From the NCBI RefSeq assembly GCF_044704955.1, contig NC_091984.1:179366001-179430000 (forward strand): a DNA stretch of 64,000 bases, in the 5' to 3' direction. Numbering within the stretch: the first letter of the stretch is position 1; every line of letters begins with the position of its first letter. Below the pieces are notes generated by a model, which saw only the letters and a list, made by a program, of their open reading frames with translations, made no database searches and had not been told where the DNA came from. The translations under genes and the position numbers were made by a program. The DNA comes from Pristiophorus japonicus (taxonomy: Eukaryota). This document shows positions 12,814 through 23,867 of this stretch, in pieces.

Positions 12814-15800
12814 CTATATATGTACATCTGCCACCCGTCTCCGGGTGGCCAGGTTAATTCCCTTTCTTTTTCTCCCGCTGCGTGTCCAGTGAGGTAGGTG
12901 ATAGGTCAGTCTCCACCGCCTAACCCTAAGTACCCTGACCGGATGTGGTTTTGAGTCCCACACTATCGGGGGAATGTCCCCTCCAGTGCTGCAGCACACC
13001 ACTCCTTTGGGGGTGGCTGCCTGGTTCCTTTCTTCCTCTGGGGGTTGTCCTGCCTGGTCGAATGCTAAGAGCTGGGGACTCCCACTTGGTGGCTGGTCCA
13101 CCGCTATCTCTTCCGGGGGTCCCTTGTTTCCCGAGGCTACAGGCTCGGTGTCCCTGCCCGCGGGCTGGTCTCTGACCTTAGGTGCCCTTTTGCAGCTGGA
13201 CCCTCTCCCGGGGCTGAAGCATTTAAATTGGAGTGCTGGTGACCATGGTGTCTTTGGACGTGGCGTGCAGGGAGTCGTTCTTAAGGCTCCGGCTGCTGGA
13301 GGTGCGTCTGAGTCCCAAATGATTGGAGGGACATCTCCTCCAGTAACACAGACCACCGCTCCTCTAGGTGCAGTCTGTGGGTCTGTCACATCCCCTGTGG
13401 GATCTCCACAGTCGGGGGTTGTTGGCTGGGGGTCCCTGTCTTTAGCACGGTTTACAGGTTTTGGCTGTCCCTTACGTTTAGCTGCTGCCCCTGAGTTGAA
13501 ATGTTTGCACTGATTTATGTGGAACCACTTTGTTTGGCGGGGCTATTTTATGGCATAGACCATGGGCTTCCCTTGTCGACATTGTGTTAAGGTCCCATGT
13601 ACAGTGCCTCAAAGACCTCTACTCTAACGTAGTTCCTTACCATGACCTGGTCCCCTATCTCCCACTCGTGGTGCTTGCAGGTCTCTAGCAGCAGTCGGTT
13701 GCTCCAATGCTGTTTTCCCATGTTGTTAGCAGCCTGCCAGTGAATCTGTTTAAGGTGTTCAAACAGATTCCTAACAAAGCTGTCCCGGTTCACTTCCCTA
13801 AGCTGACCTTCCGTGAGTACCGGGGCTAACATATGGGTGGGGGTTCGCATGGCTCTGCCGGTTATGAGCTCGTACGTGGAGTACCCCGTACTCTTTGACT
13901 GGCTGGCCCGAATCCCCATGAGGATCGGACAGGTGATGCAGGAGACCCTTAAGGTACTCGGCATCAAAGGGAAATGGCATGTCGCCCACAACCCGCAGTC
14001 ATCCCTTTGGGTGAGTCCCCTGTTTCTTTGCGCAGCCTCTCTTTCATGGTGTGGTTTAAATGCTCCACAGGCCCAGATGACTGCGGGTTGTGGGCGACAT
14101 GCCATTTCCCTTTGATGCCGAGTACCTTAAGGTTCTCCTGCATCACCTGCCGGTGAAGTGACTCCCTTGGTCGGACTCCACGTATTGTGGTAGTCCCGAT
14201 TGAGGGAACACTTCTCTGACCAGGATGCTCGCTGTTCCCAGGACAGTGGCTGTTCGGCATGCGAAGGCTTCCACCCATTTTGTGAATACATCCACTAATA
14301 CAAGGCAGTACTTGTAACCTCTCTGGGCAGTGGGTAGGGGCCCGATGTAATCGATTTGGATCGACTGCCAGGGTCCCTCTACCCTCCTGATATGTCCCAT
14401 AGACACCTTTCTTTTCTGGGGGTCGGGGTTGTTAGCCGCACACACCAGACAGCTGATGCAGAACTCGCGGACATCTTCCCTGAGTCCTGGCCACCACCTT
14501 GCCTGTTCCACTTGTTGCCAAGTGGTTTCAGGTCCGGATGTCCTGTTCCTGGACCCTCGTGGGCCAGCTGGAGGATTTCTCTCTGGAGCTGTTGCCGTAC
14601 TACCCATTGCTCCCTCCTGAACAGCATGCCTTCTTTAATGGCAATTGCTGCGGTGCCATACAGACCGTCAATCCTTTCCTCTTTAGCTAGCTGTTCAGGA
14701 CAGTTTTGCGGACGGGGTCTTGGACCTGAACCGTTTTTAGGTCCGGGGTCAAAGCTATCCCTGCCTTCCCTGCCGTCCCCATCCTGGCCCTGACTGCTAC
14801 TATGGGTCCTGGGTTGTATGGATCCCAGAGCTTGTCCGTGCAAGCACCTTGCTTGGCTAACATGTCAGCCTGCTCGTTTTCCCTTGCTACAGGGTATCGT
14901 GGTGGAATGTACCTTCACCTTATGTATGTAGATATTCCTTTCTTTCCATGTGGCTTTCATGATCTTTTCCAGTAGGGGCTTAATTGCCAGTGGTGTGGAT
15001 GTATCCGCGGCGGGACCAAATAGCCAGCTACTCCGTACATGAATTGCATGTGAAAATACTGTCCGAGCAAATCGTGAATGGGATAGGGAATTCTTCGGAG
15101 TATGTGACTACGCACACCACCACAGGCAGTTCAGCATGCTAGGCAGTCATGGTGCTGGGGAGTTTAATCGCCAGGGCAATGCCTGCATCAGGGTCATTAT
15201 CTCCACAGCCTGTGAGTCGTTCACCTGCGGATACTGTGCTTGAACCGTCCCACATGGATCTCTTGGCCTGTGGGGTGTAACCCAGCCCGAAAGCCTATGT
15301 TAATTTCCCATACCCCATCTATGGAACACCGGTGGGCTGTCTCTGGATAAATCATGTTAGCTGCGAGTCTTGGCTCGCAGAGACCCTTCAGCCGTAGATC
15401 CATTTGAGAGAGGAGCAGGGTCCAGCGAGCAATGCGGGCACTGCTCACTGTCCCGTCCTTGATTCTCCCGTCCAGGAGCATTTGGGTTGGCGTATGGTGG
15501 GTAAGAAGTGTGATAGGGGACCTCCCTGTGAAGATCAGTGATCTTTTCACAGCCCAGTGAGTGGCTAGGAGGTGCCGCTCACAGTTGGAGTATCCCTTTT
15601 CCACGTCCGTGAGTATCCTGGAGGAGTAGACCACTGGTCTCAGCTGGCCATGCCGCTCTTGGAGCAATACTGCACTCCGGCTGTCCCCACTGGCTGCTAC
15701 CTCCAGGAAAAAACTCTTTACTCCCATCTATGGCCCCTAGTGCCGTCGCTGTCTGCAGGTCTTTCTTGAGTTGGATAAATGCTGCCTCGCAACCTTTGTC

Positions 15801-17080
15801 CCATTCTCACTCCACTCCCTTATGTCGGAGTCGAAGCAGAGGGGCTACTGTGGCTGCATAATCCTCAATGAAATCTCTGTAGTACCTGGTTAGCACTAGA
15901 AAAGATCTTGCTCCTGATACTATGTTGGGGGCGGGTAACTTCTGCACTGCTTCCCTTCTAGCTTTGTCTATTGCTCTTTCCACTGCGTGCACAGCCAGTC
16001 CCAGGAATTTTACTTCCTTCAGGCCGAACTGTGCCTTTTCAGGGTTTACTTTAAATCCCTCTTCTTTCAGTAGCTCCAGCAGCTCAGCCAGCAGTGGGCC
16101 ATACTCCTCCCCCACTTCGGTGAACAGGAGCAGGTCATCTACATACTGGACTAATTGCTGCGGTCTGCTGAAACTCTTTAAACAGTTGGCCATACGCTGA
16201 TAGAAAATACTGGGGCTGTTGTGGAAGCTCTGAGGGAGACAATTCCAAGTATATTGCTCTCCTTTAAATGTAAAAGCAAACTTGTACTGATCTTCCCTTC
16301 TTAAAGGTATGGACCAGAACCCGTTGGAAATATCCAGCACCGTGAAGGTGGTCGCGGAGGTTGTGATACTTCAATGAAGTCGGCGACAGCAGCAAAAGTG
16401 GGTGCATAGGTGGGGATGTTACGGTTGAATACTCGATAGTCCACCGTGGCTCTCCAGGAGTTGTCCGGTTTCTTAACCGGCCACAATGGAGAGTTCACAT
16501 GGGTCGCTATTGGTCTCAATACCCCCTGTTTAACTAAAGAACCCAAGGCTGTTTCCATGTCTGCCTCCGCCTCCCTGGGGAAGTTGTATTGTTTCATGGG
16601 GTCCCCATCTGTACTAACCTCGACCCCATTTATTCTCCCACAGTCGTGTTTATGAATGGCAAAAGCTGCAAGGTTTTTCCTCACATATTCTTGATATTCT
16701 ACAGGGGTGTTAAGGTCGTAACTCTCCTTTGGTTTCATGGTGCACACGGTTCCTTTTCCCTGTTTTCCCGAGATAAACATCACCTCACTCTCCTGTCCAG
16801 TACAGACTGACCCCCAAAGACAGTGGTTTCTTAAATCCACTAAGATCCCGTGGCCTAGGATGAAGTCAGTCCCCAGGATTCCTCTCCCTTCCTGCTCGCA
16901 CTTCATCAGGACACAAGTCCACTTCGTGTGGAGTGTACCTAAATGAATGGAGAGCGGAACGGAGAATGAGCCAGTTTGTTCAGTGCCTGTGAAACCCACC
17001 AAACTGTAGGGGACCCCGTTAGACAGAGGTGAGGCGGCGGCATTAGCTGCATAGACAAGGGTGCTTGAGGCACCGGTGTC
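12814..17080 (-). pseudogene. pol: pro-pol: truncated protease, RT, tether RNase H, second RNase H, integrase with long C-terminal extension
   Basis: DTGAS...GILGTDF; LDISNGFWS...LPQSFHNSP...QYVDDLL (YVDD 16146-16135); RPVVYSSR...CERHLLA; IHVDGSS...HAEL...ICSDS...HKVKVH...NEQADMLAK (~15260-14850); H-H-C-C, QIDYIGP, ESDQGSHF, SSGPVEH; many frameshifts and stops. Confidence 0.9.
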
Positions 17081-17084
17081 CCTT

Positions 17085-18674
17085 TCACCTTTTCCACTTC
17101 TTTCGTGTGCTATTCTTCCAAGGATTTTTACAATCCCTTCTCCAGTGCCCAATCGTTCCGCACCCAAAGCAGGTAAGTTTTGTATCGGAGGGGTTACCCC
17201 CCTCATGGCGCCATTCCTCTTATCTTGGTTAGGTCGGATTTCGTGAAGCCTTCCCTTTTGTGGGTGCTTTTCTGCCCCTCTGCCGTTTATGTAAGCTAAG
17301 GTCAGTTGCCTAAGCACTCTCTGGGGATCTCTTGGGTCGAACCAGGCCTCAGCCTTGGTTCTTATTCTGGGTAAACTGTTAGCTACTAGGTTTCGGAGCC
17401 AGTTTGCTAATTCGTCCGGGTTTAAGTGATCCCTGTCTATGTCCCCACTATAGGCGCTTTTGTACACCGGCCACAGTCGGTCTGCTAAAGCCTGTGGGGT
17501 TTCTCCTGTGAGCTGCAGCGTTTTCCCTACTCTAGAGAAGGGACTCCCGTCATTGCAGCCCATAGCTTCTAAAATGTCTTTCTGGACGGACGCAACTGTT
17601 TTCTGTCCTTTTTTGCTTTCAGTAGAGAGGGACTGATACAGTTTGCTGTCTAGAGATAGGAGAAGCATCTTTGCCATTTCTGCATCATCGCACCCATTAA
17701 TATCCCCTGCCTGTTCCACTTCCACAAAGTGAACCGAGGGGTGTCCCTTTGGAGTTAGCTTTCCCAGGGGGCTTATCATAGCCCTAAGCTGGTGGTGAGT
17801 GTGGGGGACCAGAAACTGACTTTACAGGGGCCGTGGACCCCCGTTAATGGTGTGCAGGCCAATCTTCTGTTGCCAGACCGGGCCCATTGGCCCCAGTTCT
17901 GGCTCTCCCTGTTCTGGCTCTCCTCCCTGCAGACAAGCCGAGTTGAAACTCGGTGCTACAGGTGGTGGTAGTTCACTATCCCTGTCCACCCCGCAACTGA
18001 TTTGCCCCTCCTACTGCTGAACCAGTGTAGTTACTGGTGCCACAGGTAGTGACCAGGTAGTTTCTTCCTTCTCTTCCAGGATTACCTGGGGCGTACCCGG
18101 GCTTATTAGGCATACCATGCCTTTTGCCTTGGACAGAGCAAGGTTTAAACTTTTAATTTGTTGCTGGCAGGAATCCTGATCTCCCGATTCAAACCCTAGA
18201 TTCAAATGTTAGTTACTTTATACGCTGCTTGCGCATCTTTTAATCTTTCCTGGAGCTCTTTTAGTTGTAGGTGAAGCTTTCCTCCCTCAGTGATTTTTCA
18301 TTACTTTTGGCCTCGGTAACCTGACATTGAAAATAGTCCTGACTGCTTTTAAACCTTTCCATTATTTGGGTCCTTTCCTGTTTTAGCTTACAGAGTTCTC
18401 CTGATAATCTTTCTTCTGACATAACCCTTTCCTGATAGTTCTCTGCGCATTCCCATAACTCTGCCTGTAATGTTTCATTCATTCTATCTAGGAGTTGGAC
18501 CTGTCGCTGTAGACAGACCAACCAAATTGCCTTCTCTACTGCTTCTTTGTGATCTTTGCTTGCTGTCCACTGGGCTGCAGCGTCAGCTGGACGCTCAGCG
18601 TGCAATAGACTAAGCACCCATTCTTTAGTTACATTGACCTTCTTATACACATAGGAGGAAATCCACTCCTCCAT
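17085..18674 (-). pseudogene. gag: gag with N-terminal coiled coil, capsid-like region and CCHC knuckle
   Basis: ATG 18674 (MEEWISSY); E/K/Q-rich heptads 18550-18270; QLTGETPQALADRLW MHR-like motif; CFGCGTIGHWRRDC at ~17171-17130 in a shifted frame. Confidence 0.8.
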
Positions 18675-18726
18675 TTCGGTTCTTTGCCCAAACCAGCACT
18701 CTCCACATGACACCCCTTGTACCACA

Positions 18727-18744
18727 GTCCTGCCGCGCTCGCCA
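18727..18744 (-). promoter_or_regulatory. Primer-binding site, tRNA-Arg-like
   Basis: TGGCGAGCGCGGCAGGAC 3 nt after the 5' LTR; resembles the Arg-type TGGCGAGCCAGCCAGGA (tRNA identity tentative). Confidence 0.7.
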
Positions 18745-18747
18745 CTT

Positions 18748-20003
18748 TGTAAGGGGTGTGGTTGGGGTGGCCTCTATGAGGGGGTCAGGTTCCTTTCTGA
18801 CCAAGTTGAGCGGTTCGAATCGCTCCCACTCCCTTGGGTTCTGTACTCTGGATTTATTTGGGGTGTGTGACAAAAGTGCAAAGGTCACTGGTTTGATGCA
18901 AAGAAAGTTGTTTTTATTACAGTCAAGGTAATATAGACTTAATAGTCAAGTAAGAAAATACAAGGCCAAACTTACAATCACTCTACTAAAGGAGAGTACA
19001 AGGAAAGTTACAAGGTCAAACTTATAACCACTCTAATAAAGAAACATATACTACATATTCAAAGGGGGTTACAGCAAATTATACCTCCCACCTCCCAATA
19101 CCTAATTCTAGCTAGGTTAGACTCCAGGGCAGACAGGGACTTATGCTTACCAATCCTTTTGATAGTTAATGGTAGATTGCGGTTGGTTTTCCCTGGATAC
19201 CACGTTGACTGTAGTCGGTCGCTACTGCGATGGGGATGTTCTTCCTTCCTTCAGGACTTCAGGACTTCGAGGCTGGAGAAGTTAGTTTACAACTGTCGCG
19301 TTGGTTTCTCTCCTTGCCTTGATGAGGTAGTAGCAGTCTTGTAGCTATCTAGCAACCACCTCTAACCTCTGTTGAAAACAGTGGCCAGTTATACGATTTC
19401 AGTGGTTCTAATCTGAGCGCCAAATCTCTTTAAAATCCTTTGTATAATTTTGGTGGGCTGGGTTCTTCTTTGTAATATTTTTGTTGGGCTCGTTAAAAGT
19501 TGATATGTCTTGGGTGGGTTGATGTTCGAAAACTGTTTCCCGATGGTAATATTAGTTTGGTAATTGCAATGTCCTTTTGTGCTTAGTCTTTTGCATGCAG
19601 GCTGGATTGGGCCTCTTTGTGATGTAATGCTGAAGTGGTTGTCCAGACCCATGTTGATGAGTAGCTATTTTGTAATGTTAATGTTCCTTGTGGAGAAAGA
19701 TTCTTGACTACTCAATTCTCCAGAAAAAATAACTTTAGTTCCAACACCTAGACAGACCCATTAATCAGGGTGTCTCCTGTGGGTTCTTTAGGTCTGCCCA
19801 CAGCCTTCAATTTGTCTTGTAAAATCCAAAATTCTATTAAAATTCGTGGCTTCTTCCATAAGCACTTTAGTGTTCTAAACTTTTCGGTAGATAGTCCCAA
19901 ATTAAATATCCTTTCGAATGAGCCCAAACACGGGGTGCGGGTGCGTGTGTGTGTGTGTGTGGGGGGGGGGGGGCGGGGTACTTGTGAATTTTGCATTTCT
20001 TTA
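18748..20003 (-). repeat. 5' LTR of lokiretrovirus-like element
   Basis: Direct repeat of 6236-7453; carries a private (GT)n/poly-G expansion at ~19935-19978. Confidence 0.92.
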
Positions 20004-20884
20004 ACCAAGAGCTGGAAAGTAGGTTTAGACTGGAAAGCTCTTTGTCGGCAGGCACGTATATGATGCATCGACATGGTCTCCTTCCATGCTGTAAATTTCT
20101 ATGATTCAATGATTCCCCTTAAATGCATCTATACTCTTCGTGGGTCATCATAAAAAGTTGTGAAAAATAATGGGATGGTGTTTTCGACAAGAGTATTAGG
20201 TATGGACGTGCTAGATTCTGTACCTATTTCCGTTCCTGAAGGTTTTGATACTGGAGTTAGTGGCCTGCATCACCATATGCTGGACACCAATACTGTTCAG
20301 CAGATTGCAGAATTAACGCAGTTAGGAAAAGTTCACGACACTTTTCATCCAACTACCTCGTTTCCATACCTGTATTTGGCAAATGATTTGGGCCAGACAA
20401 CCGAGTGGTTTGTATCTTGCATGTTGCTGTTGTGAGCTGCAATATGGGAGATTTTTCATATATCTCTTGTTGATGCTATGAAGGATCCAGGGGTATAATA
20501 AACTATGGCGCAATGTACGTTTGATTTAACCGTCACTGTCCTGCACCAGTTTGGCTTCAGGGTGTGGCAAGTTTCCCTTGTGGCCTATTTAGGGAATAAT
20601 ATACTTCATTTACAACATTCTTGTAACATACTCAGCAATAATTGTCTTGGCCTCTACACTGGACTCGTTCCTATGAGAATATCGTAGGGGATAGTACACT
20701 ATATTGCATGCCTCAGTAGAAGATGGAAGTTATCATAATTACATTGTATAACATTACAGCTCACGGCTCTCTGAATATTTCAGAATATCTACACTTTCGT
20801 GCTACTCTTGAAATGTATTCAGAGGTAATAATATTTTAATGAGTTTTACAAAATAAAGTAACAGAATAAAGCGCCAAGGCAATG

Positions 20885-21290
20885 AATGTGTGTGCATGTG
20901 TGGGGGTGGGGGTCAGGGTAGGTGCACTATGTGAGGTGGTGTGCCTGTGTGGGTGTGGCATATGTCTGCGTGTGTGAGTGGGGGGGGGGGTGGAATGGTG
21001 GGTATGGGCAGTAGTGTTTAGGGGTGGAGTGTGTGAGGAATATGTGAGTGTATATGGGGTGGTGTGTGTGTGTGAGGGGTGGTGTGTGTGGTGTGTGTGT
21101 GAGGAGAGTGTGTGGGGTGGGGTGTGTGGAGTGTGTGTGTGAGTGTATGTGTGGTGGTGTGTGTGTGAGGGGAGTGTGTGGAGTGGTGTGTTGGAGTGTG
21201 TGTGTGTGTATGTTTGGTGGTGTGTGTGTGAGGGGTGGTGTGTGTTGGGTCGTGAGTGTGTGAGGATTGCGCGGGCATGTCAGTGTGTAG
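20885..21290. repeat. Imperfect (GT)n/G-rich low-complexity repeat
   Basis: Direct inspection. Confidence 0.9.
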
Positions 21291-22417
21291 ATGACAGGAT
21301 GTCCAGTTAACTCAGCTGTCCTGGGTATCGAACAGTGGAACCTCTTGCCCGGAAAGTGGAAGGGTGAGGATGGGAATATTCAGCGCAAGCTACATGAATC
21401 AGAAATGTTATCGTGAACGGTTGTGCAGTTGACTGATGAAATAATTTAATGTTTGGACAATGAAAGAGTCGCTGCCATTTGGAGATTTCCCCATTCTGTC
21501 TCCTACATTATCGAAAGAGCAACATCGTAAAGGGTGCAATGAAATTCCCATCTCTGGTTAACTGCCTTAAATAGCAATGACTTATTTGAACATCATTCTT
21601 TGTACACAATGTAAGCGAAGTCTGTTGGCTCACCCAGGTCACGTTCTGCTGTCCACTGACGCAAGTTAATACTCAATGCGTCTCTACAGTATTTACCAAT
21701 TCGCGCTCCCAGACCATCGCCTGCCGGGAGCGCGGGTAGTACAATCTCCCTTTTGTGTGATTCAAAGGTCTCTATAGTGAGCGATAATATTGATGCAATT
21801 CTTTCTCTAAAAAACACTCGCCTTTAAAACATAAAATAAAAAGCTGCAGTGTTCAAATCTACTTTAGGAGAAATAGTTTTGCTGAATATTAACAAGTATT
21901 CTTTACTGAACTTGTTTGAATTTTAAAAATGAGTTCTTCGTGGTCGAATAATGTTAAAAATGGATTCGAAATCACTAATGCTTATGTTCATAGAAGAATA
22001 CGGAGATGTGCGATATGCCACATCTCTGTTCGCAGCCTCCAGTTGTCTTAGTGCAGTGGGTAGCTTGATATCTCTTTCGATTGAACAATTCTTCCAGGAC
22101 GCATTGGATCAAATTACACTGTGTAGTTTTGCTATATCTACTTTTCAGGTTTGCATGAAATTATTTTAACAGTCATGAAGTCATTTTAACAGGTTTTAAA
22201 TAGTGTAATGTCTCTGTTAAATAGCAACCAATGGATATGTCACATGAACTCATTCAGCATCCCCACGCAAAGTTGGACACCGTAATTTCATGTCAACGGT
22301 TTCTGCACGTCACGATCGGGTCGAATATTATAAAAAAATATTGGCTAAAATTCACTTCATGCAAACATTAATCAGACAGATTCCAAGGATCCAATAAACG
22401 GTCGCGATGTGAGAGCA

Positions 22418-22425
22418 ATTTGCAT
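22418..22425 (+). promoter_or_regulatory. Ig light-chain promoter octamer
   Basis: ATTTGCAT ~130 bp upstream of leader ATG 22551; conserved at 40619. Confidence 0.9.
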
Positions 22426-22550
22426 AAATATTAAATGCGACATGATATCCCCCTGTGTAAATGCACTTAAGGAGGTTTAGAAGGTGCCGGATGAGTAGGC
22501 TCGTGCAGGGAAATATTTTGTTCTGACCTTGATTTTTAAAAATCTGCAAA

Positions 22551-23099
22551 ATGAGTCACTGGTTTCGTGTTCTCGCTGCCGTGATGCTCTGCTTGCAACG
22601 TAAGTACAGCGCTGCAAACATCTTCAATATTCCTGCTCTTTGTATTACGCTGATCGGGTGCCTTACTTAAACTTCACCGATCTAAATTGCAATTATTTTC
22701 CGCAGTTTTTTTCAGGGTCACTTATTAATAACTTTTTAATTCACCAGGTACCAAAGCGGGTACTGAGCTGACTCAGACACCGTTTATCTCAGCTTCATTG
22801 GGAAAAACCATCAAAATCACTTGCACCCTATCCGGCGGCAGCATGGGCAGCTACTACACGAACTGGTGCTGGCAGAAACCTGGCAGTGTCCCTGCCTTTG
22901 TTTGGAAGGACGCTAGTTCGAGCAGAGGTGCGGGGATCCCTGATCGATTCACTGGATCCAGGGACAGGTCCAGCAACGTCATGCATTTAACCACCAACAA
23001 TTTACAATCCGGGGATGCCGCCGATTGTTTACTGTGGTGCCTGGCATAGCAGTGCTGGTGGATACATTTTTGGGAAATGAACTAAACTGAATCTGGGCA
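22551..23099 (+). pseudogene. Ig light chain (lambda/type II) leader (22551-22599) plus germline-joined VJ exon (22748-23099), pseudogene
   Basis: MSHWFRVLAAVMLCLQ/gtaagt; KITCTLSGG...WCWQKPG...GIPDRFTGS; +1 frameshift at DYYC (gattgtttactgt) and GGA>TGA in J (FGK*TKLNLG); no RSS between V and J. Confidence 0.92.
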
Positions 23100-23569
23100 G
23101 TAAGTACATTTTTCGCTTTGTACGCCTGGGATTCTTGAAGTGTGAGTTTTCAATTGTTGGCTTAATCCGGTTGTGGTGATAAGCTTTCCAACATACATTT
23201 ATAATTCTCGGAATCTCTCTTCCTGTTTAGAGAGAGATGTGTTCATACTCTGTTTGCCAAGTGCTCATGAAACTGTCGCACAATCACAATTTTATGGAAG
23301 AATTCCAAACTCTTTCGAATAATTATTCCTGGGTGGGTAGAATTGAACCCACGCCAGTTTAGTTATACTGTCATTGCGATTTGAAACATATTCGGAAAGC
23401 AATGACCAATCTTCATGAAACGGCACTTAAAATTAACTGAATACTTGTGGCTGACTTACATCGTCCTCGCGTTGTGATTAATGTCTCGCGTAGAGCTTAA
23501 AAAATATATAGCGAGAAATATTTTCTAATTCCCCGACACTGTAAAACATTAATTCATAATTTCACTAGT

Positions 23570-23867
23570 CATCATCATAGACAGTCCCTCGAAATCGAGG
23601 AAGACTTGCTTCCACTCCAAAAGTGAGTTCACAGGTGACTGAAAAGTCCAATATGGGAATACAGTCTCTGTCACAGGTGGGACAGGCAGTCGTTGGAGGA
23701 AAGGATGGGTGGGGAGTCTGGTTTGCCGCATGCTCCTTGCGGTGCCTTGTTTTCTGCATGCATTCGACGACAAGACTCGAGGTGCTCAGCGCCTTCCCGG
23801 AAGCTCTTCCTCCACTTAGGGCTGTCTTTGGCGAGGGACTCCCTGGTGTCAATGGGGATGTTGCACT
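23570..23867 (-). mobile_element. RTE-clade LINE 3' fragment in the J-C intron
   Basis: C-terminal ...CPTCDRDC... motif and (GAT)n tail; 10-bp TSD TTTCACTAGT (23560-23569, 23868-23877); empty site in the paralogue at ~41799-41808. Confidence 0.85.

Larger units (their letters stand above)
6236..20003 (-). mobile_element. Full-length defective endogenous provirus, lokiretrovirus-like (LTR-gag-pro-RT-RH-RH-IN-env-LTR)
   Basis: Two ~1.2 kb LTRs, PBS, PPT, 4-bp TSD ATCA (6232-6235)/ACCA (20004-20007), all domains in order on the - strand. Confidence 0.85.

Noticed and set aside
20130-20800. Possible decayed coding sequence (ORFs 20160-20435, 20322-20513, 20505-20687)
   Set aside because: No recognisable motif or splice structure; cannot be assigned without a search.
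21018-21278. His/Thr-rich and Cys/Val-rich ORFs
   Set aside because: Translations of the (GT)n microsatellite.
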